A program made the position numbers and the translations under genes. Of a DNA stretch of 54,829 bases, positions 1 to 7,452 are shown piece by piece. Where the stretch lies: assembly GCA_938004395.1 (NCBI GenBank), contig CALKWC010000042.1, positions 1 to 54,829 on the forward strand, in the 5' to 3' direction. Every line of letters begins with the position of its first letter. Within the stretch, counting starts at the first letter, position 1. Below the pieces are notes generated by a model that saw nothing but the letters and a program-made list of their open reading frames with translations, ran no database searches and was not told where the DNA came from. This stretch comes from an uncultured Marinilabiliales bacterium. GTDB lineage: Bacteria; Bacteroidota; Bacteroidia; Bacteroidales; BM523.

Positions 1-1
1 C

Positions 2-2023
2 TACAGCAATGTATTTGATAAAAAACCTAAAACAGTTCCGGTTGATAAGGTTGTTTCTGTCATTAAAAGCGATAAGCTAAAATCCAGTATTGAGCAAATA
101 AGAACCTCAAAGGATAAAAAAAGTATTGAACAACTAAAAAAGAAGCTCCCGGCCGTAACTGTTTCAGGTATTTTTGTAAACGGTCACAAATCAAGTGATA
201 TACAAAAACACTCAGGGCTAATTCAAATAGACATTGACAAAAAGGACAATCCTGAAATAAATGGCATTTCAAGCAGTTTAAAGAATGATCCTTATACATG
301 TGTGCAATTCGCCAGTCCATCTGGAGGGATTAAAGTGTTTGCCAGAATACCGGAAAACACAAAAGAACACACCATACTTTTTACAAAGCTTGAAGCCTAC
401 TATAAAAACAGATACGGTATTTCAATTGATAAAAAATGCAAGGATATTGGGCGTCTTTGCTTTTTATCCTACGATCCTGAAATTTACTACAACAATAATG
501 CTTCATCATTTTATCCTGGTAAAAGTGTATCACAAGACGTTGAAAAAGTTCTGTCTATCATTGAGAAAAACAAAATTGATATTACTCAAGACTATCAATC
601 CTGGTTAAAAATCGGATTTGCTTTCTCAAGCGAGTTTGGCGAAAGTGGTAGGCTTTTGTTTCACCGGGTAAGCAAATTTTATACTGGCTATAATATACAA
701 GATTGCAATATTCAGTATGACAAGTGCTTGAATGGGAACAAAGAGGGAGCTAGTATAAAATCATTTTTTCAGATAGCTAAAGATCACAAAATTGATATTT
801 CACCGGCTGAAAATACAAATACAGATAAATCCAATGAAAACAAAGATTCAATTATTGGTATTACAGTATTTCATCAGGCTGAAGCTTATCTATCAAAAAA
901 ATATAATTTCAGGAGAAACATTGTAGCAAATAGAATTGAATACAAGGAAAAAGACGGAAATCATTTTACCGAATTGATAATAGACAACTTATTCATTGAG
1001 CTACAAAAAAAAGGGATTAAAATAGCCTTAAACAACCTTGAATCTCTTTTCAGATCAAGCTATATAAAAGACTTCGACCCCTTAATTGGCTATTTTACAA
1101 ACCTACCTGCTTGGGATGGTGTAGATCACATAGCAAATTTTGCAAGCTATGTAAATGCAAAAGACAAAGAAAGGTTTGTACATCATTTTAAGAAATGGCT
1201 TGCCCGTTCTGTTAAAACAGCGATTGACCCAAATTTTTTCAACAAACAGGCTTTTATTCTTGTTGGCGTTGGTGAACAAAACCAAAATAGTGGAAAAACA
1301 ACCTGGTGTCGTTTCCTGTGCCCTAAGCCCCTTAAAAACTATATCAAAGAAAATCTAGGCACTGACAAGGATAGTAGAATAAACCTGGCTCAAAACTTTA
1401 TCATTAATCTGGATGAACTTGCCAGTTTATATGCGAAAGAAGTTAATGCGCTTAAATCATACTTTTCAATATCTCAAATTAAGGAACGTCTTCCCTATGG
1501 CAAAATAAATGTACAATTTCCAAGGCGTTGCAGTTTTGTAGGAAGTACAAATAATTCTGAATTTTTAAATGATGAAACCGGATCCGTCAGGTGGCTAACT
1601 TTTGAAATAGAATCTATAAACTGGGCATATTCAAAAGAAATTGATATTGACAAGGTTTATTCTCAGGCAGTACACCTGTTAAATGACCCTGATTTTGAAT
1701 ACAACCTAACAATTGAGGAGCAAAAAGAAAACGATCTAATTAATAAGAAGCACCAACTTTTATCAGAAGAACATGAGCTCATTCAGAAATACTTTGAACC
1801 AAGCGAAAAGGGAATGCCAGAATCTAAATTTATGACTGCCACTGACATTATGAAGATAATACAGGATGAAACTGGTCATACATTTAAACTCAGTCATGTA
1901 AAAGTAGGCAAAGCCTTAAAATTTCTGGGCTTTATTCAAAGTCAATCATATAATGATAACGGATATCAGATCAAAGGATATTATATAAAACCAAAAACCG
2001 AGAATTCGGGCAAACCTTTTTAA
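2..2023 (+). CDS. VapE/VirE-family P-loop NTPase with a BT4734-like primase-type N-terminal domain; 5' end truncated by the window edge
   Basis: The frame of ORF 302..2023 stays open back to base 2 (YSNVFDKKPKTVPVDKV...IQIDIDKKDNPEI...FASPSGGIKVFARIP). It has a Walker A-like GEQNQNSGKTT and a Walker B-like IINLDEL. This architecture is typical of replication proteins of Bacteroidota integrative elements. Confidence 0.7.
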   Translation, partial: YSNVFDKKPKTVPVDKVVSVIKSDKLKSSIEQIRTSKDKKSIEQLKKKLPAVTVSGIFVNGHKSSDIQKHSGLIQIDIDKKDNPEINGISSSLKNDPYTCVQFASPSGGIKVFARIPENTKEHTILFTKLEAYYKNRYGISIDKKCKDIGRLCFLSYDPEIYYNNNASSFYPGKSVSQDVEKVLSIIEKNKIDITQDYQSWLKIGFAFSSEFGESGRLLFHRVSKFYTGYNIQDCNIQYDKCLNGNKEGASIKSFFQIAKDHKIDISPAENTNTDKSNENKDSIIGITVFHQAEAYLSKKYNFRRNIVANRIEYKEKDGNHFTELIIDNLFIELQKKGIKIALNNLESLFRSSYIKDFDPLIGYFTNLPAWDGVDHIANFASYVNAKDKERFVHHFKKWLARSVKTAIDPNFFNKQAFILVGVGEQNQNSGKTTWCRFLCPKPLKNYIKENLGTDKDSRINLAQNFIINLDELASLYAKEVNALKSYFSISQIKERLPYGKINVQFPRRCSFVGSTNNSEFLNDETGSVRWLTFEIESINWAYSKEIDIDKVYSQAVHLLNDPDFEYNLTIEEQKENDLINKKHQLLSEEHELIQKYFEPSEKGMPESKFMTATDIMKIIQDETGHTFKLSHVKVGKALKFLGFIQSQSYNDNGYQIKGYYIKPKTENSGKPF

Positions 2024-2024
2024 T

Positions 2025-2318
2025 ATGGATCAGGAAATAAGAAAACTAAAAAAGGAATTGACAGCCGCTAAGAAGAAAAACAAAGAGCTTCAAAAAAACC
2101 TAGAACTAAAGACCAATTCAAAAATTGAATTTTGCTTCACAGCTCAGGAGTTAGAATTCATGGTTGAGTCTGTTATTGATAAAACGCTTTCTATCTATGA
2201 TCAGCTTTCATTTAAAGACATTGATCTGAAAATTCAAAACAATGAGCTGGTGAAACATTTTAACGAACAGATACAAATTGGTAATAAAATAGTAAGTAAA
2301 CTAAGGTTTACTGATTAA
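2025..2318 (+). CDS. Hypothetical coiled-coil protein (element-borne)
   Basis: The ATG lies 1 nt after the upstream stop. The N-terminus is K/E-rich and helical (IRKLKKELTAAKKKNKELQKNLE). No recognisable family. Confidence 0.5.
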   Translation: MDQEIRKLKKELTAAKKKNKELQKNLELKTNSKIEFCFTAQELEFMVESVIDKTLSIYDQLSFKDIDLKIQNNELVKHFNEQIQIGNKIVSKLRFTD

Positions 2319-2400
2319 ATAAACGGTCTATAACAGTTACAACCAGTATATAAATTCAGTCAAAATGCAGTAAATAGCTAACCCCTTAAACCTTATAATT

Positions 2401-2817
2401 ATGCTAAACAAGAATTGTACAGTATGCGGAAAAGAGTTCGATCAGCCCAGAAAAAACAAATTATACTGTTCCGACTCATGCAAACAGAAAGCTCACACAC
2501 TAAACAAGAAAAGACTAGAAAATGAACTTTTAGGCGAATCGAAACAAGAAAGAATTAAGGAGCCATTATACTCTTTCAAATTTTCAGAATTCCAGGCAAC
2601 TAAAGATATAATCAATACAATAGAGACATTTTGCTTTGTAAGAAAAAATATTGTTGGAAATTTCAACCCTATATACTTCAAAGAATATGTTGAAGCATTG
2701 CAACGTAATGGATTCTTTGATGAACTAGAATGGGAGGAGAGCAAATTAAATAAGGAATACAACCAATTCAAATTGATGTATCATAGTGGATTGGTCAAAA
2801 TAGAATTTGAAGATTAG
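2401..2817 (+). CDS. Hypothetical zinc-ribbon protein (element-borne)
   Basis: N-terminal CxxC...CxxxC motif (CTVCGKEF...YCSDSCKQKAH). It is followed by two hairpins, the second being a strong terminator. Confidence 0.55.
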   Translation: MLNKNCTVCGKEFDQPRKNKLYCSDSCKQKAHTLNKKRLENELLGESKQERIKEPLYSFKFSEFQATKDIINTIETFCFVRKNIVGNFNPIYFKEYVEALQRNGFFDELEWEESKLNKEYNQFKLMYHSGLVKIEFED

Positions 2818-2856
2818 TTTTCTGGGATTCCCCATTGGGGAATTTGCTTTCATGCC

Positions 2857-2888
2857 GGAGGGGAGTCTAGTACTTCCCTCCTTTTTTT
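2857..2888 (+). terminator. Rho-independent terminator
   Basis: ggaggggag (2857-2865) pairs with cttccctcc (2873-2881): 9 bp with one G-U and a 7-nt loop, followed by TTTTTTT (2882-2888). A second small hairpin, attcccc/ggggaat, sits at 2827-2843. Confidence 0.7.
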
Positions 2889-2920
2889 ATGTTCCTAACC
2901 GTTTCAGTGAAACTGGTTTT

Positions 2921-3175
2921 TTTATCTTACTTCCTTACTTCATCTACACAAACCACAATAATATAAATGTATATGTTGATATTTACTATCTTACTTCATT
3001 CTTACTTTGTTCTTACTTCCTACTTCATAACAAAGTAAGATAAAGTAAGAACATTTTAGCAGTATTATTTATCTTACTTCGTTTTATTTGCCTAATTATA
3101 TGGCACATACAAGCAAATGAAGTAAGGAAGTAGGGAAGTAGGTAGAAAAACAAACTTCTGAAAAAATTTCAGAAA
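2921..3175. repeat. Iteron-like field of CTTACTT heptamers (direct and inverted copies) with nested inverted repeats
   Basis: CTTACTT occurs at 2926, 2934, 2990, 3001, 3012 and 3073. The reverse complement AAGTAAG occurs at 3033, 3043 and 3120, with degenerate gaagtag copies at 3127-3145. There is a 12-bp inverted repeat, tcttactttgtt (3000-3011) / aacaaagtaaga (3029-3040), and a further one, ttctgaaa/tttcagaa, at about 3156-3174. Confidence 0.6.
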
Positions 3176-3228
3176 AATGGGTTATATTTTTTGATTTTGG
3201 GTATTAACTAATATATAGCTGAACAATT

Positions 3229-4074
3229 ATGACTATTCGTAAATGGTATTCGATTAATATTGACAAGGAAAGACAAGCCAGATACCTTGAAAAATTCGCA
3301 ATTATTACAATTTCGTTAGGTGTTGGATTTATTGTACTGTTTCTTGGTATGTTTTTGTATCAAAGGCAACTAAACTTTTTCCAACCAATTGATACATCAG
3401 TATGGGGGCAGTTTGGGGATTTGTTCGGTGGTGTCATCGGTTCGTTATGGGCATTTGCAGGTGTGGCACTTTTTTACCTTGCATTGCATGAACAAAGAAA
3501 AGAGCTCAAAACAACACAAGGCATATTAGAAAATGAGGTAGAAGCATTAAATAATCAAAAAAAGGAAGCAGAATTATCAAATAAGCTAATTCTTGAACAG
3601 CAGAAAACACAGCGATTACAGCAGTTTGATAATGCTTATTTTAGTTTACTGCAAATACTTAATACTATTACCGACAAAATCACTTATGAAGAAGAAGAAG
3701 AAAGGAGATCCGGAAAAAGCGCAATGAAATTATATAAAAAAGATTTCTACACGATTTTTAGAAACCATGATGGGAATGAGATAGACAAGAGGACATCCTA
3801 TTTCAGATTTAATGAAAAAAATGGACACAATTACAATCATCAACATGAATTAATAACAGAAATTGTCTATTTCATAGACGCAAATGATCAGTATAATGAA
3901 ATATTTGGGAAGGATTACTACATATCAATTCTCACATCTACACTATCACAAGATGAATTGATTTTATATTACTATTATGTGAAATATGAAAAAAAGACCA
4001 TAATGAATATTATTAGAGAATTGAAAGTTTTTCATAAGCTTTCACCTGGTTTGCTTGCTTATCAAAATGATTGA
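3229..4074 (+). CDS. Membrane protein resembling the putative phage abortive-infection family (putAbiC-like)
   Basis: It has two N-terminal TM segments, with WGQFGDLFGGVIGSLWAFAGVALFYLALHEQ. A coiled coil follows, then a C-terminal region with YISILTSTLSQDELILYYYY. This pattern matches my recollection of Pfam putAbiC. Confidence 0.45.
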   Translation: MTIRKWYSINIDKERQARYLEKFAIITISLGVGFIVLFLGMFLYQRQLNFFQPIDTSVWGQFGDLFGGVIGSLWAFAGVALFYLALHEQRKELKTTQGILENEVEALNNQKKEAELSNKLILEQQKTQRLQQFDNAYFSLLQILNTITDKITYEEEEERRSGKSAMKLYKKDFYTIFRNHDGNEIDKRTSYFRFNEKNGHNYNHQHELITEIVYFIDANDQYNEIFGKDYYISILTSTLSQDELILYYYYVKYEKKTIMNIIRELKVFHKLSPGLLAYQND

Positions 4075-4267
4075 TTTTATATAACGTAGTATCTATTTTT
4101 AATAGTGACTGCATCTTAAATTGTTATTGTTTGCTTCTATTTTCGATGATGACTATATCTTTTTTTTATACCGAGAACATAATATATAGTTACACTATCA
4201 GTATGCATTCTTGTTTTTTTAAAACTAAAAATATAATATTGCAAGCGATAATCTGAAAAGGATTGAT

Positions 4268-4825
4268 TTGGAACCGAATATTATTGGATATCACAGTAAT
4301 ACAGAAGACAAAGCTAACAAATTCGTTAATAATGGTGAGTTAGCAATATCACCAGATACTTATTATTTAGGAAAGGGAATGTATTTCTGGGATAACATTG
4401 GAAATGCAGAGTATTGGGCAGCCGAGAAAATTAGGAAGTCGAAAAAAGAGAAAAAGCCAATTGACAAAGTTTTGATTTGTAGAGCTAACGTTATTTTAAA
4501 AGAACCAATATTAGATTTAACTGACTCGTTGACTATTGAGGATCTGAAAGAATTATGGATTAGTTATTGTGAGAAGAAAAAGGAAACAAAAAAGCGACAA
4601 CTATTAGGAACAATCATTGATATTCTGATGGATTTTTTTCCAGTACTACAAGAAATGAAGGTTTCTAAGTGTCACGGGGACTATTCTCACCATAAAATGG
4701 CATATTTTCTTGACAAATACGTTGAAAAGTTGTATATTACAAACAACATAAAAACAATTTATTGCGTTAGATGTAAAACTAGAATCGCAGATCAGAGAAT
4801 TTTTGACACTATTTTATCAAAATAA
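4268..4825 (+). CDS. Candidate PARP-like / DUF3990-like ADP-ribosyltransferase-fold protein (putative toxin); TTG start
   Basis: It has an N-terminal IIGYHSN and then LGKGMYFWDNIGNAEYWA, which resembles the PARP GKGIYFAD...SANY segment. A later YVEKLYITN strand resembles PARP YNEYIVY. The candidate triad is H9/Y39/E153. It is the first gene of a three-gene operon. Confidence 0.45.
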   Translation: MEPNIIGYHSNTEDKANKFVNNGELAISPDTYYLGKGMYFWDNIGNAEYWAAEKIRKSKKEKKPIDKVLICRANVILKEPILDLTDSLTIEDLKELWISYCEKKKETKKRQLLGTIIDILMDFFPVLQEMKVSKCHGDYSHHKMAYFLDKYVEKLYITNNIKTIYCVRCKTRIADQRIFDTILSK

Positions 4826-4847
4826 TAATTATATATATATTTGAACC

Positions 4848-5141
4848 ATGAAAAGTCATGATTTGTTGCGAAAAGCATTGGAAGAGTTGGATAACATGTC
4901 TCAAGAAGAGGTTCAGGCAAGAAGCGAAGAGCTTGGCATAGTTATTCCAGAGGAGCCAAAAATATCAGAATTGATGAGTAATTTTGTTTTTGATTTGAAA
5001 GGCTTCTTCAAAGAAATTGTTAATTCTAAACATACTTGGTATGATAATGAATTTTCAAAACGACAAAGTATTTCAGTAAAACAACCAAAAATGAGCCACA
5101 GTAAAGTGGCTCATTCTTTTTATACTCCAATCTTTTCATAA
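4848..5141 (+). CDS. Small acidic helical protein, candidate antitoxin with an aromatic C-terminal tail
   Basis: 97 aa, starting 22 nt after the upstream stop and ending 1 nt before the SecB-like gene. The N-terminal half is acidic. The C-terminal segment is ...KHTWYDNEFSKRQ...SFYTPIFS. Confidence 0.4.
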   Translation: MKSHDLLRKALEELDNMSQEEVQARSEELGIVIPEEPKISELMSNFVFDLKGFFKEIVNSKHTWYDNEFSKRQSISVKQPKMSHSKVAHSFYTPIFS

Positions 5142-5142
5142 T

Positions 5143-5550
5143 ATGAGCGAAAAATCAGGATTTCAATTTGAAGATTATGTTATTAGAAAATCTGTATTCA
5201 TAATAAATGGAAAATCAGACAAACACTATGAAACAAAAATAAATCCTAGTGGTATTATTCATAAGAATAAAAAGCAATTTCAACTCTCACTAGATATTAT
5301 TGTGTCTGATAAGGATGAAAATCATTTCATAAATATTGAATCAGTTGCACTATTTACTTATAAAGGTGATATACAAAAAATATGGGATTATTTTCTAACT
5401 AATGCACCTGCTATATTATTCCCGTATCTAAGAGCATATATATCTTCTTTAACAGCCTTATCAGGAACTGATACAATAATACTACCCACAATGAATTTAA
5501 CTGGTTTAAAACAGGTATTAGAAGAAAACATACAGTTAATTGAAGAATAA
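5143..5550 (+). CDS. SecB-like chaperone
   Basis: NAPAILFPYLRAYISSLTALSGTDTIILPTMNL matches the conserved SecB segment (E. coli [32 protein letters not shown], recalled from memory). The size of 135 aa and the N-terminal FQFEDYVIRKSVF strand are also SecB-like. Confidence 0.7.
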   Translation: MSEKSGFQFEDYVIRKSVFIINGKSDKHYETKINPSGIIHKNKKQFQLSLDIIVSDKDENHFINIESVALFTYKGDIQKIWDYFLTNAPAILFPYLRAYISSLTALSGTDTIILPTMNLTGLKQVLEENIQLIEE

Positions 5551-5556
5551 TATAAT

Positions 5557-6708
5557 TCATTTATCCCACTTCCTCATTTCCTTTTCTTTAAGCTCTCGTT
5601 CAATACTAGCATAAATCTGGGTTGTTCTCAAGTCGGTATGTCCTAGCAACTTTGAAAGCACCTCTATAGGAATACCAAGCGAAATCCCGTTTGTTGCAAA
5701 AGTATGCCTGGCACAATGAAAGCTTATTGATTTTTTTATTCCTACAGCTGTCATAATGTCCTTTATGTACCTGTTTGTAGGTTGATTGCTCAGGACTTTA
5801 AATACTTTCATTTCCGGGATCTTGTCATCCTGATCCGGGAGAAGCTCCATTGCTTTATTTACAATCGGAATTTCAACAAGCTTGCCCGTCTTGTGCATAT
5901 CAATTCTAATATAATTGTGATCAATATGTTTATATTTCAAATCGTAAACATCATGATATCGCAGACCCGTATAGCAGGAAAACAGAAAATATCTAAGTAC
6001 ATTTTTTTGTCCCGTCTTTATAGATCCGGACCGGTAAAGCTTCATTAATGTATCAAGCTCCTGCATGGATAAATATTGCCTGTTTCCCTCAATTTTACCA
6101 ATATGATAATTTTTAAAAGGATTCTCTTTTACTAGGTTTGCTGTTATGGCTTTGTTAATTACCTGTTTTATGAATGATAACGACTTCTTAATGGTATTGC
6201 TGTTGTTTTTCAATTTAGCAATCATATAGTGTTCATATGCCTTTATGAAGTTGATATCGATATCATCAAATGACAAGCGAGGACGAAACTTTTTAAGCTT
6301 TGAAATTTGTGTATTATATGTCCTGATAGTACCATCTGAAAATTTAGCTTGCAGCTGAGGTATTTCAGATTCGATAAATTCATAAAAAGAATTGTACAGG
6401 CTATAGCTGGTTTTAAACCTCCTTAAAAATTCCTCGAAAGAAATACTTTTACCCTCTACGGTCATTTTAAACAGAATATCGTTTGCTTTCGTTTCAAACA
6501 GGTCTATCATTCTGTTTTTGTGTAAATATTGCGGATCTGTTCTTCTGATTCTGCAATTTGTAGGATTCCAACAGTTTAGCTTCGTACTTATATTCAAACT
6601 GATGTCCTTTTTTCTCCGGTTTATTATTATTCTGATATATATCGGATGTGTATTATCCGATTTTTTATAATCTTGCCTAAGAAATACTATAACTGTAGGT
6701 GTCATTCG
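5557..6708 (-). CDS. int: Tyrosine recombinase / integrase (Bacteroidota Arm-DNA-binding + SAM-like + catalytic domains)
   Basis: C-terminal HCARHTFAT...LLGHTDLRTTQIYA, and YTGLRYHDV. The N-terminal MTPTVIVFLRQDYKKSDNTHPIYIRIIINRRK is arm-binding-like. The maximal ORF reaches 6786, but its first 26 codons look non-coding, so the start is placed at 6708. Confidence 0.85.
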   Translation of the reverse strand, partial: RMTPTVIVFLRQDYKKSDNTHPIYIRIIINRRKKDISLNISTKLNCWNPTNCRIRRTDPQYLHKNRMIDLFETKANDILFKMTVEGKSISFEEFLRRFKTSYSLYNSFYEFIESEIPQLQAKFSDGTIRTYNTQISKLKKFRPRLSFDDIDINFIKAYEHYMIAKLKNNSNTIKKSLSFIKQVINKAITANLVKENPFKNYHIGKIEGNRQYLSMQELDTLMKLYRSGSIKTGQKNVLRYFLFSCYTGLRYHDVYDLKYKHIDHNYIRIDMHKTGKLVEIPIVNKAMELLPDQDDKIPEMKVFKVLSNQPTNRYIKDIMTAVGIKKSISFHCARHTFATNGISLGIPIEVLSKLLGHTDLRTTQIYASIERELKEKEMRKWDK

Positions 6709-6799
6709 TTCAATTTCTCTGTGAAGCCATTGTGAAACATTTTGGTAAAAATAATGAAATTTTACGTTAAACGAAATTAAACGCAATCTTTTGAAATAC

Positions 6800-6839
6800 C
6801 TAAAAACAAAAAGGATTGAAACAAATTATTTCAATCCTT
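6800..6839 (-). terminator. Hairpin plus T-run downstream of tRNA-Cys
   Basis: A perfect 11-bp inverted repeat, aaggattgaaa (6811-6821) / tttcaatcctt (6829-6839). On the minus strand it is followed by tttttgttttt. Confidence 0.6.
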
Positions 6840-6848
6840 CAACATTCT

Positions 6849-6922
6849 TGGAGGTCAGTGGCGGATTCGAACCGCCGTAGCTGGTTTTGCAGACCAGAGC
6901 CTAGCCACTCGGCCAACTGACC
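6849..6922 (-). tRNA. tRNA-Cys (anticodon GCA), CCA encoded
   Basis: The minus strand reads GGTCAGTTGGCCGAGTGGCTAGGCTCTGGTCTGCAAAACCAGCTACGGCGGTTCGAATCCGCCACTGACCTCCA. The acceptor stem is GGTCAGT/ACTGACC. The anticodon stem is CTGGT/ACCAG with loop CTGCAAA. The T arm is GGCGG-TTCGAATC-CCGCC. Confidence 0.9.
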
Positions 6923-6941
6923 ATTTTTACAGAATGGAAGG

Positions 6942-6949
6942 CAAAGATA
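6942..6949 (-). promoter_or_regulatory. Bacteroidota -7 box (TAnnTTTG) upstream of tRNA-Cys
   Basis: The minus strand reads TATCTTTG, about 20 nt upstream of the tRNA 5' end. Confidence 0.4.
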
Positions 6950-6988
6950 ATCGTATATTTTTTTTCTACAAAATACTTGAGCAATTTG

Positions 6989-7348
6989 TTAACGGAATGT
7001 TCGGCTGTCTGTTATACTAAAGGCTTTGGCTTTGCCTCCAATGGGCGGTGCACATTTCGAAATTTTTATTTCAATCATCTGCATATTTTCAAACTCAACC
7101 GATAGCCTGTTAATGATTCTTCTTGCCAGATGTTCAAGTAGTTGTGCCCGTATTTGCATTTCTCTTTTAATAATTTCGTATGCTTTTGAGTAGTCCAGGG
7201 CATCTTCCAACTGGTCCGATTTTGCAGCCTTTTCTATGTCGAGCTCAATTGTTAAGTCAACCAGAAATTTATTCCCGGAAAGCTGTTCTTCTTCGTAAAT
7301 GCCATGGAAGGCATGAAATTCCATTTCTTCAATCTGGAGTGTTGCCAT
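6989..7348 (-). CDS. folB: Dihydroneopterin aldolase
   Basis: MEFHAFHGIYEEEQLSGNKFLVDLTIELD...ALDYSKAYEII, at the typical size of 119 aa. Confidence 0.8.
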   Translation of the reverse strand: MATLQIEEMEFHAFHGIYEEEQLSGNKFLVDLTIELDIEKAAKSDQLEDALDYSKAYEIIKREMQIRAQLLEHLARRIINRLSVEFENMQMIEIKISKCAPPIGGKAKAFSITDSRTFR

Positions 7349-7425
7349 AGTTGATAAATTTTATCTAAAATACGTTTTTCCTTTGAATAGGGAATTTTTA
7401 ATTCTTTATAAGTGATTATTTAAGT

Positions 7426-7433
7426 TATTTTTG
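7426..7433 (+). promoter_or_regulatory. TAnnTTTG -7 box upstream of glnS
   Basis: TATTTTTG lies 20 nt upstream of the ATG at 7453. Confidence 0.45.
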
Positions 7434-7452
7434 CAGGGTAAAACTAATTCTT

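Larger units (their letters stand above)
1..6848. mobile_element. Right-hand part of an integrative (possibly mobilizable) element inserted beside tRNA-Cys; the left end lies outside the window
   Basis: A tyrosine integrase lies directly adjacent to the 3' end of a tRNA gene. There is a VapE/primase-type replication gene, small orphan genes, an iteron-like repeat field and defence-like cargo. The region looks more A/T-rich than the flanking housekeeping genes (not quantified). Confidence 0.7.

Noticed and set aside
285-608. 107-aa ORF in another frame overlapping the VapE/primase-like gene
   Set aside because: The overlapping frame carries recognisable BT4734-like/VapE sequence and stays open to the window edge, so this one is spurious.
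2807-3043. 78-aa ORF spanning the terminator hairpins and the CTTACTT repeat field
   Set aside because: It reads straight through a strong terminator and the heptamer repeats. Its peptide is low-complexity and repeat-derived, so it is treated as non-coding.
4071-4256. 61-aa ORF between the putAbiC-like gene and the ART-like gene
   Set aside because: Its composition is odd (rich in I, F, C and L) and it lies in A/T-rich intergenic DNA. It more likely holds the promoter/operator region of the downstream operon.
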